Source of the DNA: Candidatus Velthaea sp.
Lineage (GTDB): Bacteria > Vulcanimicrobiota > Vulcanimicrobiia > Vulcanimicrobiales > Vulcanimicrobiaceae
Assembly: GCA_965214935.1 (NCBI GenBank)
Contig: CBDCCS010000023.1
Span: 1 to 26,601 of the forward strand
DNA: 26,601 nucleotides
Direction: 5' to 3'
The notes under the pieces are model-generated. The model had not been told where the DNA came from. It ran no database searches and saw only the letters and a list, made by a program, of their open reading frames with translations. A program made the position numbers and the translations under genes. Shown here piece after piece: positions 1 through 8,618 of this stretch. Every line of letters begins with the position of its first letter. Positions within the stretch are counted from its first letter, which is position 1.

Positions 1-1
1 G

Positions 2-259
2 GTCCGCGAACGGCGAGAACGGCCGTTCGGCGCCTTTGAGGCCGCGCACCGACGCGTCGCTGTTCAAGCCGACGATGAGGGCATCACCTTGTGCCCGGGC
101 CCACGCGAGGTAGTGAACGTGGCCCGCATGCACGAGATCGAAGCAGCCGTTGGTGAACACGACGCGGCGACCGGCGGCGGCTTGTTGCGCACGCCATTCG
201 GCCGCCGCGGCAATATCGAGTATTGCGGCGGCAAACTCGCTAATGCGGCGCTCCATCAT
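2..259 (-). CDS. rfaE2: D-glycero-beta-D-manno-heptose 1-phosphate adenylyltransferase (RfaE2/HldE domain II); 3' end runs off the window
   Basis: Manual translation gives MMERRISEF...[51 protein letters not shown], with the TNGCFD-HxGH and GLNSD motifs. It follows rfaE1. Confidence 0.92.
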   Translation of the reverse strand, partial: MMERRISEFAAAILDIAAAAEWRAQQAAAGRRVVFTNGCFDLVHAGHVHYLAWARAQGDALIVGLNSDASVRGLKGAERPFSPFAD

Positions 260-1220
260 CTTCGAGTAACGCGATAATTTCAGCCGGCGACGCCGTCGCC
301 GTGCCGAGCTTTTCCACCACGGCTCCGGCGGCAAGGTTCGCGAGCTGCATCGCCGTTTCGATCGGGATGCGCGCCGCCAGCGCCAAGGTGAGCACCGCGA
401 CGACGGTGTCGCCCGCGCCGCTCACATCAAAGACCGAGCGCGCGACGGACGGAATATCGGCCCGTTCGCCGTCCCGGCCGAACAGCGACATGCCCGCTTC
501 GCCGCGCGTGATGATCACGTCACGGCAACCCAGGCGCTCGAGCAACGCCCGGCCGGCACGTTCGAGCGACGCCGCATCGACGATTGCGAGACCGGTCGCG
601 CGAGCGGCCTCGGAAACGTTGGGCGCGATGCAATTCACGCCCGCGAAGATCGCGACGTTTTCGGGCTTGGGATCGGCGATCACGAGCGGGCAGGCGAGCG
701 CCGCTTCGACAATTTCGCGCGAGAGAAATCCCTTTCCGTAGTCGCTGAGCACCACCGCGTCGGCCGCGGCGATCGCGTCGGCGACGCGCTCGACGGCGAG
801 CCCGCGATCGGTGTCACTCAACGGCGCCGTCGACTCCCAATCCGCGCGGACCACTTGCTGATTGTGTGCGACGACGCGCGTTTTGCGGGTCGTCGGGCGA
901 TCCGCCAGCGTGATGATGCCGCCGGTGTCGACGCCGATCTCGGCAAACAGCGCGCGCACGCGCTCGCCCTCGGTGTCGTTGCCGACCGCGCCCGCAAACG
1001 CCACCGTCGCGCCCAGCGCGCGTAAGTTATTGGCCACATTTCCGGCACCGCCCAGGGTGAAGGAATGATGGTCGACGCGCACCACGGGGACCGGTGCTTC
1101 GGGCGAGATGCGCGTGACGCGGCCCCAGATCCACTCGTCGATCATCACGTCGCCGATGACGACGACCCGGCGGCCCGCCATGCGTTCGAGAAGTTCGCCG
1201 GCGGTCGGAACCGCGATCAA
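240..1220 (-). CDS. rfaE1: D-glycero-beta-D-manno-heptose-7-phosphate kinase (RfaE1, PfkB family)
   Basis: Motifs [35 protein letters not shown] and DVSGAGDTV. Start uncertain: TTG 1220, GTG 1232 or ATG 1250. Confidence 0.93.
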   Translation of the reverse strand: MIAVPTAGELLERMAGRRVVVIGDVMIDEWIWGRVTRISPEAPVPVVRVDHHSFTLGGAGNVANNLRALGATVAFAGAVGNDTEGERVRALFAEIGVDTGGIITLADRPTTRKTRVVAHNQQVVRADWESTAPLSDTDRGLAVERVADAIAAADAVVLSDYGKGFLSREIVEAALACPLVIADPKPENVAIFAGVNCIAPNVSEAARATGLAIVDAASLERAGRALLERLGCRDVIITRGEAGMSLFGRDGERADIPSVARSVFDVSGAGDTVVAVLTLALAARIPIETAMQLANLAAGAVVEKLGTATASPAEIIALLEDDGAPH

Positions 1221-1747
1221 CTCAAGCGCCACGCCGGCCCACGATCCCATTCGGCGGCCGCGAGCAAAGTACCGGCGCGGAAATCGGGCTCGGGACCGGC
1301 ATAGACGACGGGCCCCGGAACGAGGACGCCGGGAATACCCAAGCGCCGGCCCAGTTCGATATCGCTACCGCGGTCGCCGACGACCGCGCTGCGCGATACA
1401 TCGATATCATGCTCGAGCGCCGCCCGGCGAATCATACCGGGCTCGGGCTTGCGGCAGTCGCACGGCGCGCCGTAATGCGGGCAGAAATAAAAGGCATCGA
1501 CGGCAACGCCGTGGTCGTGCAACCGTTCGACGATCTCGGCGTTCACGGCGTGGACGGCCGATTCAGCGAAGTAACCGCGCGCCACGCCGGATTGATTCGT
1601 CACGACGACGCACGCATATCCGGCACCGGCAAACGTGCGCAGCGCGTCGACCACCGTCGGTAAAACGCGCACGTCGGCGCGTTTACACACGAAGCCGACG
1701 TCATCGATGAGCGTCCCGTCGCGATCGAGAAACGCGGCCGGCCTCAC
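1217..1747 (-). CDS. gmhB: D,D-heptose 1,7-bisphosphate phosphatase (HAD IIIA)
   Basis: Motifs FLDRDGTL, VVTNQSG, CPH...CDCRKPEPGM and VGDRGSD. The last residues may be shifted by a 1-nt indel near 1246 (alternative end EWIVGRRGA). Confidence 0.92.
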   Translation of the reverse strand: MRPAAFLDRDGTLIDDVGFVCKRADVRVLPTVVDALRTFAGAGYACVVVTNQSGVARGYFAESAVHAVNAEIVERLHDHGVAVDAFYFCPHYGAPCDCRKPEPGMIRRAALEHDIDVSRSAVVGDRGSDIELGRRLGIPGVLVPGPVVYAGPEPDFRAGTLLAAAEWDRGPAWRLS

Positions 1748-2337
1748 GTTGGAAAAGCAGCGCTTGTTCGACGAGGTCGCAGATGATGTGGCCCATCGTA
1801 ATGTGAACTTCCTGAACGATCGCTGAGTAGCCGTTCGGGCCCACCAACGCGAGGTCCGCGATCTCGGCGACCCGGCCGCCGCCGTTGCCGCTAAAGGCGA
1901 CGGTCACGGCGCCGCGGCGCTTCGGCTTCTTCCAACGCGAGAACGACGTTATGCGAGGTGCCGCTCGTCGTGATGCCGACCACCACGTCGCCCGGTACGG
2001 CGAACGCTTCGACTTGGCGCGCGAACACGCGCTCGTACCCAAAATCATTCGCGATCGCGGTCAACGCCGACGTGTTGACCGACAGTGCTTCCGACGGCAA
2101 GCCGCCGCGTTCGCGTAAAAACCGGCCGCTGAACTCGGCCGCGAGGTGCTGCGCGTCGGCCGCACTGCCGCCGTTTCCGAACCACAACACTTTGCGTCCG
2201 GTCGTGAACGCACGCACGATCGCGGCGACGATCGCCGCGACTTGTCCGGCGTAGCGCGGCTCGTCGAGCAAGCCGCGCCGGTCGGCGAGCAGTTCGGCAA
2301 AATCACGCTGCCCGCGGACGTTTACGGTTCGATCCAA
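1744..2337 (-). CDS. gmhA: Phosphoheptose isomerase (SIS domain), apparent frameshift near 1925 and possibly near 1753
   Basis: [22 protein letters not shown] and GITTSGTS lie in one frame; [15 protein letters not shown]...[18 protein letters not shown] continues in another. The likely true stop overlaps the gmhB GTG (GTGA). Confidence 0.9.
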
Positions 2338-2779
2338 AATAGTTCCTCATTGAGCCGAACGAGCTCGCCGTTCTCGGGCAGAATGCGCGTGATAAGTCCG
2401 GCAAAGTCACTGGTGATCTCATTCATGAGCTTCATCGCTTCGAGAATGCACAACGGCTGACCGACCGCGACCCGATCGCCCACCGATACGAACGGATCGG
2501 AACCCGGCGTTGCGGAGCGATAAAAACGCCGACCACCGGGGCCGTCACTTTTAACGCTCGCTCGGACGCGTCGTTTGCAGTCGCGGGCGCGGGCGCCAAG
2601 CTCGCTGCCGGCGCGCTCGCAGCCGGCGCTGCGACGGCGGCGATGGGGACGCTCGCTTGCGGCTCTCGGCGAATGAGTTCGTATTGGGCGTCGCCGATTC
2701 GAACCCGGATCGCGTCCAGATCGAACTCGTGCAAGATCTCGCCCAGCGCCCGAACGCGCGAGGCTTCGTTGTCATCCAT
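2322..2779 (-). CDS. accB: Acetyl-CoA carboxylase biotin carboxyl carrier protein, apparent frameshift in a T-run near 2522
   Basis: Ala/Pro linker, then [45 protein letters not shown] (EAMKLM biotinylation motif)...LFWIEP*. Confidence 0.92.
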
Positions 2780-4055
2780 CTAGGCGACGGCTTCGACTAA
2801 AGCCCGTGCCGTATCTTCCGCCGTCGCCGCGGCGGCAATGTGCCGGTCTTCGCGCGTTACCAGATCGCGCAAGACGATCCGGCCCGCGGCAAGTTCATCG
2901 GTACCCATGATAAGCGCGTAACGGGCACCGTTGCGATCCGCCGTTTTGAAGTGCGCGGTGAGCTTGCGGTCGGCGAAATCCAATATACGCCGGGGCGTCG
3001 CCGAGTTTGCGAAGCGCCGCCACGATCGGCACCAGCCGAGTGCGCGACGGCGCGCCGAGCGCGATGGCTTGGAAGCCGCGCCGCGCCGGCACGGCTTCGC
3101 CCCGGGTCGCTTTCACGACCATGAGAAACCGTTCGAGCCCGAGTCCAAACCCCACCGCCGGCGTCGGGGGACCACCGAGCGATTCCACCAGTCCATCGTA
3201 CCGGCCGCCGCCGCAGACGGCGCTTTGTGCGCCGAGCGCAGCCGACGTGATCTCGAAAACGGTCCGCGTGTAGTAATCGAAGCCACGGACTAAGCGCGGG
3301 TTCACATCGTACGCAATACCGGTCGCGTCGAGATACCCCCGGATGGCCGCGAAGTGCTCGGCACACGCCGCGCACAGCGTGTCGAGAAAGGTGGGTGCCG
3401 TCGCGATGTACGGCGCGTCTTCGGGCGCCTTGGAATCGAGCAGGCGCAGCGGATTGCGATCCAGGCGGCGTTGCGAATCATCCGATAGCGCGTTGCGATG
3501 GGGCGTGAAATGCGCCAAGAGGGCGGCGCGGTACGCCGGCCGGCAGGCGTCGTCGCCGATCGTGTTGATCTGCAGCCGGGCGTCGGCGATGCCGTAGCGG
3601 GCGACCAGATTGCCCGCGACTTGCATGACCTCGACGTCGGCCTCGGGGCCGGCATAACCCAGGCATTCGACCCCAAACTGATTGGCCTGCCGATAGCGGC
3701 CGGCTTGGGGGCGCTCGTAGCGAAAAAACGGGCCGATATAAAACAACCGCAGGGCGCCCGTGGCCAGCAGCTTGTGCTGCAGAACGGCCCGTACGACGGG
3801 CGCCGTCCACTCCGGCCGTAAGGTGATGCTGCGGCCGCCTTTGTCGAGAAACGTGTACATCTCTTTTTCGACGATGTCGGTGGTTTCGCCGACGCCGCGA
3901 ACGAAGAGTTCCGTCGCCTCGAACATCGGCGTGCGAATCTCGCCGTAGCCGAAACGTCCGGCGATATCGCGCGCATGAGCTTCGAGTTCATTCCAAGCGG
4001 CCGACTCCGGCGGGTAAATGTCGTTCGTGCCGCGCGGTGCGCTCATCGGCTCCAT
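2780..4055 (-). CDS. hisS: Histidyl-tRNA synthetase, apparent frameshift near 2983
   Basis: APRGTND, TDIVEKEMY, LRPEWTA, FRYERPQAGRYRQ, LVRGFDYY, GGGRYDGL and GFGLGLER. The anticodon domain continues in ORF 2780-2983 (DFADRKLTAHFKTADRNGARYALIMG). Confidence 0.95.
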
Positions 4056-4183
4056 CGGTGGGGCAGGTACCACGCACCGCCAAGGACGCCCTCGCCGGGG
4101 AGAGCTCGATGGCGTTTGTTCGACGGTGGGGGTCAAATGAAAGGTCGAAGCATGCACGCGCCGAGGGCAAGCTACGGTCGCCG

Positions 4184-4733
4184 GTGTCAATGATTTCGCC
4201 GGTCGGCATTTGCTTCGCAACCGTGCTGCTCGCCGCGTCGCCGGCACTCGGGCTTTCGCTCCCGAACGCTCGGCTGACGCCGGGCGCGGTCGGCGCGAAC
4301 GACACCGTTTCCGTGGTTGCCGCGCAGGTCTGCGTCCGCGGCTACGCGCGGGCTGCGCGCCACCCGTACGATACGGCTTGGCGACACTACCGGACGGCCC
4401 TTTTCCGCGCCTACGGCATCCCGCATGCACGCTGGAAAGCCTATACGATCGACCACCTCGTGCCGATCGAATTAGGTGGTCGGCCGTTCGGCGTCATCCG
4501 CGGCCGCGATGGCCGCTCCACCTGGGACCTGCGCAACGTCTGGCCCGAGCCGAAGAATGACGCGCGCCGGAAGGATGCCGTCGAAAACGCGTTGCGCGCA
4601 AGCGTTTGCGCCGGCGGCTTCCGCGGCGTCCGCCCTCACACTTTCCCAGGCGCAGCATGCGATCGCGAGCGACTGGACGCGGACGCCCGTCGGCCTACCG
4701 TCTCCGGGCAGCGCATCGCCTGAATCTCGCTAA
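4184..4733 (+). CDS. Secreted HNH/His-Me-finger-like protein, apparent frameshift near 4634
   Basis: Signal peptide-like MISPVGICFATVLLAASPALG; motifs LTPGA, VC..GY, IDHLVPIELGG, NVWPE, KDAVEN and VC, then LSQAQHAIASDW in a second frame. Start GTG 4184 or ATG 4190. Confidence 0.6.
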
Positions 4734-4751
4734 CGCGTCCCGTGGTTCGCG

Positions 4752-4937
4752 TCATTCGCCATGGTCGTGATCGTGTTCGTGATCGCCATGCGCGTGTTCG
4801 TGCGTATGGACGATCCCGTCGGCATGTTCGTGGGTGTGACCATGCTCGAGATTCCGCGCACGTTGCGCGAGGCGTTGCGCCTCCTCTCGTTCAATCTTCG
4901 TCGGGCCGAACCATGCCATCAGCTTTTTAAGCATCAT
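4752..4937 (-). CDS. Small His-rich putative metal-binding protein A (61 aa)
   Basis: 12 His in three HxHxHxH blocks; amphipathic N-terminus MLKKLMAWF; directly downstream of TonB receptor 1; paralogous to 8199-8444. Confidence 0.75.
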   Translation of the reverse strand: MMLKKLMAWFGPTKIEREEAQRLAQRARNLEHGHTHEHADGIVHTHEHAHGDHEHDHDHGE

Positions 4938-5041
4938 GCAACTCTTCTCACGTTACGACGCGACATGTACCGGTCGCACTCTTATGCCCAGCTGCCGTGC
5001 CGTTGCAGACCGTCCGACTCTCCATTTGCAAACGGCCCATC

Positions 5042-7483
5042 TCATAGGCTCAGCGAGTAGGTCAGCCGAACGGTGCGCGCCTGCGACGGGTGAAAATGGT
5101 AGTCATTGACGCCTCCGCCGCCAAGTGCCGGATTGACGGACGGGTCGTTCGCCAGAGCCGGATTCGCTGCATCCGACTTCAGCCATGAGCTATAATAATA
5201 GGTCACGTCGGCTGCCGGCGAGTTCAGAATGTTGAACACATCGAGCGAGACGCTGCTGCGTCGCTTGAATTTAAACGTTGCTTGCGAATTTAGCGTTGTG
5301 GACGGGGCCGACGAAGCGTCACCTTGGGTATCGAGAAGCCGAGGACCGAAATAACGGAGGCGTAGACTTGCAGCGAAGTGCGGTTGGTCGAGCGTCGCGC
5401 CGGCGGAGATCACACCGGCCAGCGATTCGGGAACGCCCGTTCCCTCGTTGAGCGGGTCGGTCAAGAAGCGTGCTGTTGTCGTTGCCAGGTCGGCGTCGAA
5501 GGTCAGATTCTTGGTCGGCGTGTAGAAATTAGAGAGTTCGATGCCTTGACGAACGTCCGGGCCGCCAACGGACGTCGTGCCATGGTCGCCGTCGAAAATC
5601 AATTCATTCGCGACGAGTAAGCGAAAAACTGAAACGGTCGAAGTAATTCTGGTCGATGAATAGCGATAGCCCAGCTCGTAGCCGACCGCCCGCGTGAGCG
5701 GTGAATTGAACTGGACCGGCGCGCCGGTTGCGTCGAAGTTCGCGTGTGTTTGCGGATCGCTGTTGCCGATCACACCGCGTGCGTCATTGGAGTGGAAACT
5801 TGCACCGTAATCGGCATAGAACTCGTCATGCGGCGAAGCCGCATACGCTGCGGCGAACTTTGGGTTGAGTAACCCTTCGTTTGCAGCGCCGGAATTCGCC
5901 GGGTCGTACGCCGCCACCCTATAGTTATAGCGATCGTAACGCAGACCGGGAGTCAGCTTGAGCTTCGGCCCGAGTGACATTCGCGATTCCACGTAGGCGA
6001 ACTGCGAGGTATTTACCACATGATCGTTGCTTAGCGTTCCATTTTCGTACTGCTGTTGCGAGTTGGTCAAGTAAAGCCCGACAACAGGCGCGTTGTCGTT
6101 GCGTATACCGGCGCCGATGGTGGTCTCGGTGCCCGGGGTCGCGAAGCTGCGACTGGCATCAAACCCATAGTACAATCTTTTATCGACTTGCTCGCGCTGA
6201 TCGCCGCAGGTGAACGAGTATGGCGAGAGCGGAACCGAGTGTCTGGCTGCACCAGCCGGCGCCGTGTTGTTGGCGGGACAGTACGACTGGTAGCCGTTCG
6301 TACGCGGGGCGGTTCCCGTGTTCGGCACACAAGAAACGTAGGCCGCGTTGCACGTGATCGGATTCTGAGTCACGTTATAGTAGTCGTTGGCATCGAAGAA
6401 GTTGTACGTGAAGTTAGAGAACAAGTTCAGCATCGAGTTCACGCCATAGGCATTGAACTTGGTTGCTCCGTTGACGTCTGTATGCGTGAATTGGGCCGAC
6501 AACGCATAGCGGTACGTGTTACCGCCGTCGCTCGGATCCTCATAGCCGAACCGGCCGATCAAATTCTCGCCGACGGCCCGTTGCGGGATTTGGTCGGTCG
6601 AATTGAACGCGCCGTTATAGGCGATGCCGGTTACCGCCAGGCTATTGGGACCTTGCGCCCTCGAGTAACGTAAAACTCCATTGTACCGGTGATACTCGTC
6701 CGCCCGAGCGTACGAGCCGTTATCATGCGCGATCTCGGCTGCATAGAGCAGATTTCCCGCGCCCAGCTTTATCGTATCGGCAGTGAAGAAACGGTCATAA
6801 CCAAAATCTCCGACGGTAAACTCCGACGTCGGCTCGATGACGTTTCGGTAGAAGAGATTGTAACCACCGGCAACGGCAAAATCGCCCTGGTCGGCAAAGT
6901 AGGTGCCCTTCTTAAATTCGACATATCCAACGAGTTCGGGCATGAGATAGTTTATGTCCGAGTAGCCTTGACCGTGTGCATGCGAGCCTAAGTTTACCGG
7001 GATACCGTTGATATCAGCCTCTAGATTCGTGCCGTGATCGAGTTGGAAGCCGCGTAGGTAATATTGATTTGCTTTACCGCCACCGCTGTGCTGGCTGATA
7101 ATGAGCCCGGGAATGGCTTCAAGCACTTCGCCCGGCCGCAGCAGTGGGCGCGTTTCGATCTGCTCTTGACCGATCGTTCCCGTCGACGCCGACAACACTT
7201 TCCCGACAAGATTTGCCTTCCGGCCGACTGTAACGCGACCGATCTGCCGCAGCGCCCCTGGGCAGGATGTTCGGGACGCGGCCGGCGCCGACGTTGCGGC
7301 CGCCGGCGCGTTCGATACTCCGGCCGGCGCACTCGACGCGCACGGCGCCGGTTGATGCGCGTTCGATGGCGCCACGGCCGCCGGAGTCGCTTGCGCCACG
7401 ACGTTGGCGTCCTCACTCGGCGGAGCGATAAGCGCCGGCGGCAGAGCCAGCACTGCGGCCAGGACGACAGCGGAAAATACCAT
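5042..7483 (-). CDS. TonB-dependent outer-membrane receptor 1, putative metal (Ni/Co-type) transporter
   Basis: Signal peptide MVFSAVVLAAVLALP; plug motifs RPGEVLEAIPGL, QHSGGGKANQYYLRGF, DHGT, HAHGQGY and VEFKKGTY; barrel motifs PGLRYD, LNPKF and DVFNILN; terminal strand RTVRLTYSLSL. GGGGG precedes ATG 7483. Confidence 0.88.
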   Translation of the reverse strand: MVFSAVVLAAVLALPPALIAPPSEDANVVAQATPAAVAPSNAHQPAPCASSAPAGVSNAPAAATSAPAASRTSCPGALRQIGRVTVGRKANLVGKVLSASTGTIGQEQIETRPLLRPGEVLEAIPGLIISQHSGGGKANQYYLRGFQLDHGTNLEADINGIPVNLGSHAHGQGYSDINYLMPELVGYVEFKKGTYFADQGDFAVAGGYNLFYRNVIEPTSEFTVGDFGYDRFFTADTIKLGAGNLLYAAEIAHDNGSYARADEYHRYNGVLRYSRAQGPNSLAVTGIAYNGAFNSTDQIPQRAVGENLIGRFGYEDPSDGGNTYRYALSAQFTHTDVNGATKFNAYGVNSMLNLFSNFTYNFFDANDYYNVTQNPITCNAAYVSCVPNTGTAPRTNGYQSYCPANNTAPAGAARHSVPLSPYSFTCGDQREQVDKRLYYGFDASRSFATPGTETTIGAGIRNDNAPVVGLYLTNSQQQYENGTLSNDHVVNTSQFAYVESRMSLGPKLKLTPGLRYDRYNYRVAAYDPANSGAANEGLLNPKFAAAYAASPHDEFYADYGASFHSNDARGVIGNSDPQTHANFDATGAPVQFNSPLTRAVGYELGYRYSSTRITSTVSVFRLLVANELIFDGDHGTTSVGGPDVRQGIELSNFYTPTKNLTFDADLATTTARFLTDPLNEGTGVPESLAGVISAGATLDQPHFAASLRLRYFGPRLLDTQGDASSAPSTTLNSQATFKFKRRSSVSLDVFNILNSPAADVTYYYSSWLKSDAANPALANDPSVNPALGGGGVNDYHFHPSQARTVRLTYSLSL

Positions 7484-7848
7484 GTCTAACCCCCGATGTT
7501 GCGAACGATGGCTGAGCAACGACACCGTGGTTGATGCCGACATCTTCACGCGCGCTAATACATCAATGACGGTTGCCACAGCCCGACCGGCTAACCGTTA
7601 AAAGCGATAACGCTAAGGTCGCTCACCTAGATTTCGCTCTGGCTATTTGAATTCAATAATTACTAACAACGTGGTCGCGGCCAATGTTTGGGGATCGACG
7701 CTTAACTGCACGATCGCGCTAAGCGTTCGTATCGGGATTATATACCGGAAAGGTCCAATTAGAGCGTCTACATTGATTGCGTTTATCCGGTACTATGAGG
7801 AACCTGTATCGTCCGTGTGAGCGAAGCGCCGGCTTGCGCGTACGAGCT

Positions 7849-8199
7849 TTATTCCGTCCGGTTCGTTAAGCCGGCCGCAGGGCCGCCCACATGCTCGCTG
7901 GTCAGCCAATGCTCGAGGTGCGTTACGTACTCTTGACCGAACGTATCAATGAGGCACCGTACGTACGCCGCATAGCCGTCGGTTTCGCCGGCGCAAATGT
8001 GCTGTTCGAGGACGCGCCGATGAATCGCCATGTACCCTTCACGTAGGCGCAGGCCGCCATGAAGCAACTGCACAAGGAGTTCACTGGGCGAGCGTTCGGG
8101 ATGCCGTTCTAGGCGTTCGGTGAACCATTCGTCGAGTGCTCGCGGCAATCGCATCGAACGCGTCGGGCCCATCGACCCTGAGCCGCGCGCGCGCGCCAC
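7849..8199 (-). CDS. Putative ribbon-helix-helix DNA-binding protein with a His/Cys-containing C-terminal domain
   Basis: TRSMRLPRALDEWF...RSPSELLVQLLHGGL fits the RHH strand-helix-helix pattern. The GTG start overlaps the upstream TAG by 1 nt. Confidence 0.6.
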   Translation of the reverse strand: MARARGSGSMGPTRSMRLPRALDEWFTERLERHPERSPSELLVQLLHGGLRLREGYMAIHRRVLEQHICAGETDGYAAYVRCLIDTFGQEYVTHLEHWLTSEHVGGPAAGLTNRTE

Positions 8200-8444
8200 T
8201 ACCGCTGGGTCCCGGCGTCGTGCACGTGCTCGGCGGCATCATCATCGCCATGGCTATGCGTAGCCCCGTCGTCGTCGTGGTGGTCGTGATCGTGATCGCG
8301 ATGGCCGTGCGTATGCGTGTGCCGGATACCATCAAGATGTTCGTGCGTGTGCAGATGGGCCTGATTCGCAGCTTGGGTTCGGTCCTCATCGCGGTCGATG
8401 CTCATCATCTCCTTTTCGAGGCGTCCGCGCTGGGATGAATCCAT
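8199..8444 (-). CDS. Small His/Asp-rich putative metal-binding protein B
   Basis: 16 His, including HLHTHEHLDGIRHTHTHGHRDHDHDHH. Alternative starts at ATG 8408 or 8405 after AAGGAG. Confidence 0.72.
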   Translation of the reverse strand: MDSSQRGRLEKEMMSIDRDEDRTQAANQAHLHTHEHLDGIRHTHTHGHRDHDHDHHDDDGATHSHGDDDAAEHVHDAGTQR

Positions 8445-8450
8445 CCCAGC
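8429..8450. promoter_or_regulatory. Perfect 9-bp inverted repeat (candidate operator or start-codon hairpin)
   Basis: GCTGGGATG-aatc-CATCCCAGC overlaps ATG 8444 and a TATAGC -10-like hexamer on the minus strand. Confidence 0.45.
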
Positions 8451-8525
8451 TATACGCGACGTCGGCAGTCCATGGTAGTTAAGCCATCTGGTTCTTCATG
8501 CTCATAAAGTTCGCGCTCACCGGTA

Positions 8526-8551
8526 CGGTCCGGCGCCTCTTCGCCGGACCG
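8526..8551. repeat. GC-rich 10-bp hairpin downstream of TonB receptor 2
   Basis: CGGTCCGGCG-cctctt-CGCCGGACCG, with no U-tract. Confidence 0.5.
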
Positions 8552-8618
8552 CCGCGCCGGTCCCGAACGCCGCGGCCGCGACGAGAGCGCGTCGACCTCA
8601 CTCCTCAGGGGAGAGCCT

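Noticed and set aside
4056..4430. Long N-terminal extension of HisS as given by the ORF track (likewise 11507-11668, 7484-7579 and 15053-15112)
   Set aside because: Conserved N-termini or signal peptides start at downstream ATGs. The extensions lack recognisable motifs and, except 7484-7579, overlap neighbouring genes.
4755..4850. CRISPR-like or tandem DNA repeat (GTGATC/GTGTTC units), also near 8270-8360
   Set aside because: The periodicity is explained by alternating His codons, and there is no repeat-spacer structure.
7484..7848. Cobalamin or NiCo riboswitch upstream of receptor 1 (also considered at 8445-8618 and 11507-11654)
   Set aside because: No B12-box or other conserved riboswitch elements were recognisable by eye; an Rfam scan would be needed to exclude them fully.
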